From IMG/VR virus record IMGVR_UViG_3300045125_000080: 64,000 nucleotides of DNA; one strand, given 5' to 3'. Shown one piece after another: positions 61,158 to 64,000 of the stretch (its first letter is position 1; every line of letters begins with the position of its first letter). The notes beneath the pieces were generated by a model. It searched no databases, was not told where the DNA came from, and saw only the letters and a program-made list of their open reading frames with translations. The stretch comes from an uncultured virus (IMG/VR IMGVR_UViG_3300045125_000080) (taxonomy: Duplodnaviria > Heunggongvirae > Uroviricota > Caudoviricetes). The translations under genes and the position numbers were made by a program.

Positions 61158-63062
61158 ATGTACTACGACCAACTTACAAAACTTGGAATTAGACTTCGGA
61201 AAAGAAGTGGGCAAGAAAAAACAACTTGCCCAAATTGCTCTGCTGGGCGGAAAAAGAAAACTGATCCTTGCCTTTCGTAAACATTTCTCAAGGCGATTAC
61301 AACTGCCACAACTGCGGCTGGATGGGGAATGTGAGAACTTTTGTCAAGAAAGAAAATTTTAAAAAATACGAAAAACCAAGTCAAGAAATGCTCAAAAACA
61401 TTGAGCTGAATGATAGGATAAAGTTGTTTTTGAAGGTCGGGGAATAAGTGAGGCTACGTTGCAAAAATTCTTTATTCACGGCAAGGAAGAGTGGATGCCA
61501 CAATCTCAGAAAAAACAACGCTGCATCGTCTTCCCTACATACGCGACAATGAAATCGTAAACGCAAAATATCGCGATGGGAAGAAAGGGTTCAAACTTGT
61601 GAAGGATGCTGAATTGATTTTTTCGGGATGCAAACACTTCAGGGTAGAAGATGTGCAATCATCGTGGAAGGTGAAATTGACGCGCTTTCAGCATACGAGG
61701 TTGGTTTTGGTCGGGACTACGAACCGATTTGCAACGAGGATGGGGAAGTTGTGGAACACGAACTTGGCAGATTTGCGGTTCTTTCGGTTCCAAACGGGGC
61801 AAGTAAGGGGAACCAACGGATGGAGTATTTGGACAACTGCGCCGAGTACTTGGAAACGGTTGAAGAGTTCATCATCGCAACCGACAACGATGCGCCCGGT
61901 CAAGCCCTTCGGGATGAGTTAATCCGCCGTTTAGGCGTGGAAAAGTGCCGAACTGTCAGGTGGGAAATCCTAAAATCGCACCAGACGCACGGAAAACGGC
62001 CCAAAAATCGCACCAAAAGATTTTAATGAGGTATTGTGCCACTTTGGAAAAGAGGCCCTTAAATCGCTTGTATTGAGTTCGCAGGAAGTTCCGGTGGATG
62101 GGATATTTTATGTCGAAGATATTTTTTCAACGATGTTGGAGAACTTTGAAAGGGGTGTTCAGATAGCCCCTCCGACAAGAATTGATGTGCTTGATGAGTA
62201 CTTTAGGTGGAAGAAAGGAGATATAAATTTATGCACCGGATATGCTAATGCTGGTAAGTCTACTTTTATGCTTCAGTTGATGCTTGTTAAGAGTATTTGG
62301 GATGGATGGAAATGGGCGGTATTTAGTCCAGAAAATTTTCCTGCTTATGATTTTTATGATGATTTAGTAGAGATGTATGTTGGCAAGTGGAAAACGGATA
62401 TGAAAAAGAAGAGTATGTAGAAGCCTGTGAATTTATTGGTCAGCATATATTCTTTGTGTATCCTGAAAACGAACACGATATAGAATCAGTACATAATAAG
62501 TTTCGTTATTTGATTTTAAAGAAAGGATTAGATGGTGTAATGATTGATCCATTTAATCAACTTGATTCAATGCAAAAGGCTTATCAAAGAGAAGACCAAT
62601 ATTTATCAAGTATATTAAAGGATATAAAAAGATTTGCATTACTAAATGGCATCTGTTATAACATAATAGCTCACCCAAAAAGTCCAAGTTATAGAGAAGA
62701 TAAGTCTTTGCCTGTAGCGGATATGTATGATTTAGCTGGTGGTGCTATGTGGGGTAATAAAATTGATAACATACTTTCTTATTATAGACCAAGATTTCAC
62801 GAAGACAAGAATAGTAAAGAAGTAGAGATATGGGTTCAAAAAATTAAAAGAAAAAGAACAGGCGGTCAGCTCGGTCATTGTAATTTAATTCTTGATTGGA
62901 GAACGAAAAGATTTTGTCATCCTGTATCAGGTCAAAGATTATTGTGATATTAAAAGAGCAAGAGTTGTCACATCTTCCCACAACCCAGATAACATAACAC
63001 AAGGAGAGATATCTAATAATTGGCTACCTTATAAGGATGATAGTACTGAAGCACCTTTTTAA
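61158..63062 (+). CDS. T7 gp4/Twinkle-like primase-helicase (frameshifted)
   Basis: Zn finger CPNC...CHNC; TOPRIM IVEGEIDALS and ATDNDAPG; Walker A GYANAGKS; IDPFN; IIAHP. Confidence 0.85.
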
Positions 63063-63097
63063 TGTAGGGGAAGATATAATACACAAACACTAACCAA

Positions 63098-63563
63098 TGA
63101 TAATTCACAAAACACACACGCACCGCTAAGACTTCCCCAACTACTAATTAAACCCAAGCTATTAGCTTACAGAGTAGGCTTTACAGAATCTTGTAGGTAT
63201 GATTTAGGAATGAGAGACCAAGGAGATATTAATAAACTATTTGGAGTGGGATATTTTCCCTCACACCACGAAAACTCTGTACGAGTAGGATGGAACTATG
63301 ATATAGTATCAGGAAGAATAAACATATTTGCTTATTGGTATGTAGGGGGAAAACGTGACTGGCAATACCTAAGAAGCGTAGACATAGGAGTAATGTGTTA
63401 TTTTAAAATGTATATTGACGATGATATGCATAGATTAGATATTGCAGGAAGAAACTACCGAGTAGATGTTCATAGCACGCCTATCTGCTATTTATTAAGA
63501 CCATACTTTGGTGGAAATAGAACCGCACCACACGATATTGTAATTGATATAAAAAAAGTATAA
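63098..63563 (+). CDS. hypothetical protein
   Basis: ORF 63210..63563 with a probable upstream start. Confidence 0.5.
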
Positions 63564-63793
63564 TGATTAAAACATTAAGAAGGAATGTTACTGAAGAAAA
63601 AGTAGAACGGACTAAAAAATTAATTAAACTTGGACGTTCATTAAGAGAGGCTGCAAAAGAAGTGGGTATTAGTTATTATTCTGCTTGGCATATTGCTAAG
63701 GGAAGTTATGACAATGAAATTAAACTTGACAGCATCTTTAAGAAAGAAGAAAGAAATAATTATTTTACGTGGAAAAACTTTGAGGTATTTTAA
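63563..63793 (+). CDS. small HTH DNA-binding protein
   Basis: GRSLREAAKEVGISYYSAWHI. Confidence 0.6.
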   Translation: MIKTLRRNVTEEKVERTKKLIKLGRSLREAAKEVGISYYSAWHIAKGSYDNEIKLDSIFKKEERNNYFTWKNFEVF

Positions 63794-64000
63794 TGGCAAT
63801 AGTAAGAAACATACAAAACAATAATCTATACCGTTATCTTGGATGATAATAAATATCGAAACATTATGACGGGAGTAGAAGGAGAGATACCAGAAGAAAT
63901 GGCTCGTAAGATATTTAAGATTAACCTAGAGATGACGGAGCTGTGCGAGAACTTCCCCAACGTAGAAAAATTAATATTTGCATTAAAGCTTAAAATGGAT
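63793..64000 (+). CDS. hypothetical protein (runs off the window)
   Basis: Open frame MAIVRNIQNNNLYRYLG... to the end of the window. Confidence 0.5.

Noticed and set aside
76..63960. GGGAAG motif as a Shine-Dalgarno sequence
   Set aside because: It occurs mid-gene and antisense as often as not. Gene starts instead have A/C-rich leaders.
1..64000. Widespread pseudogenisation or a decayed prophage
   Set aside because: Breaks are 1-nt indels, often near homopolymers, and hit essential genes (MCP, portal, terminase, primase) while their motifs stay intact. This fits long-read error better than decay.
1..64000. tRNA, rRNA, integrase, RNA polymerase or DNA polymerase genes
   Set aside because: None recognised by eye. 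A tRNAscan/HMM run would be needed to exclude them, and the genome continues past the window.

Overview
About 64 kb of a tailed dsDNA phage genome with a podovirus/crAss-like morphogenesis gene order. The host is most likely a Bacteroidetes: TAnnTTTG -7 promoter boxes, A/C-rich leaders without Shine-Dalgarno sites, and a Sec signal ending in Gln. Many genes are broken by 1-nt indels, probably long-read consensus errors, so split ORFs are merged below and many gene ends are approximate. Layout: (1) ~0.4-8.6 kb, + strand small early genes including a minimal ATP-dependent ligase. (2) ~8.6-57.6 kb, - strand late block: LuxR HTH, two GT9-like glycosyltransferases, methyltransferase, two GroES-like genes, terminase, portal, scaffold, major capsid, connector/tail proteins, internal virion proteins, an ~8 kb repeat-rich fibre gene, holin, M15 endolysin, metallophosphoesterase and three free-standing homing endonucleases. 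(3) 57.7-64 kb, + strand ADP-heptose-type nucleotide-sugar genes, a DUF1376-like protein and a primase-helicase. The main unexplained signals are: a ~16-bp motif (approx. TGYNGGGGAAGWYNYG, core GGGAAG) seen about 120 times on both strands, in and between genes, sometimes as inverted pairs 15 bp apart; a fibre protein with a Sec signal peptide and many D-[ST]-[AILVMT] Bacteroidetes O-glycosylation sequons; a five-junction mini-gene cassette array; and a structured RNA leader ahead of the replication operon.
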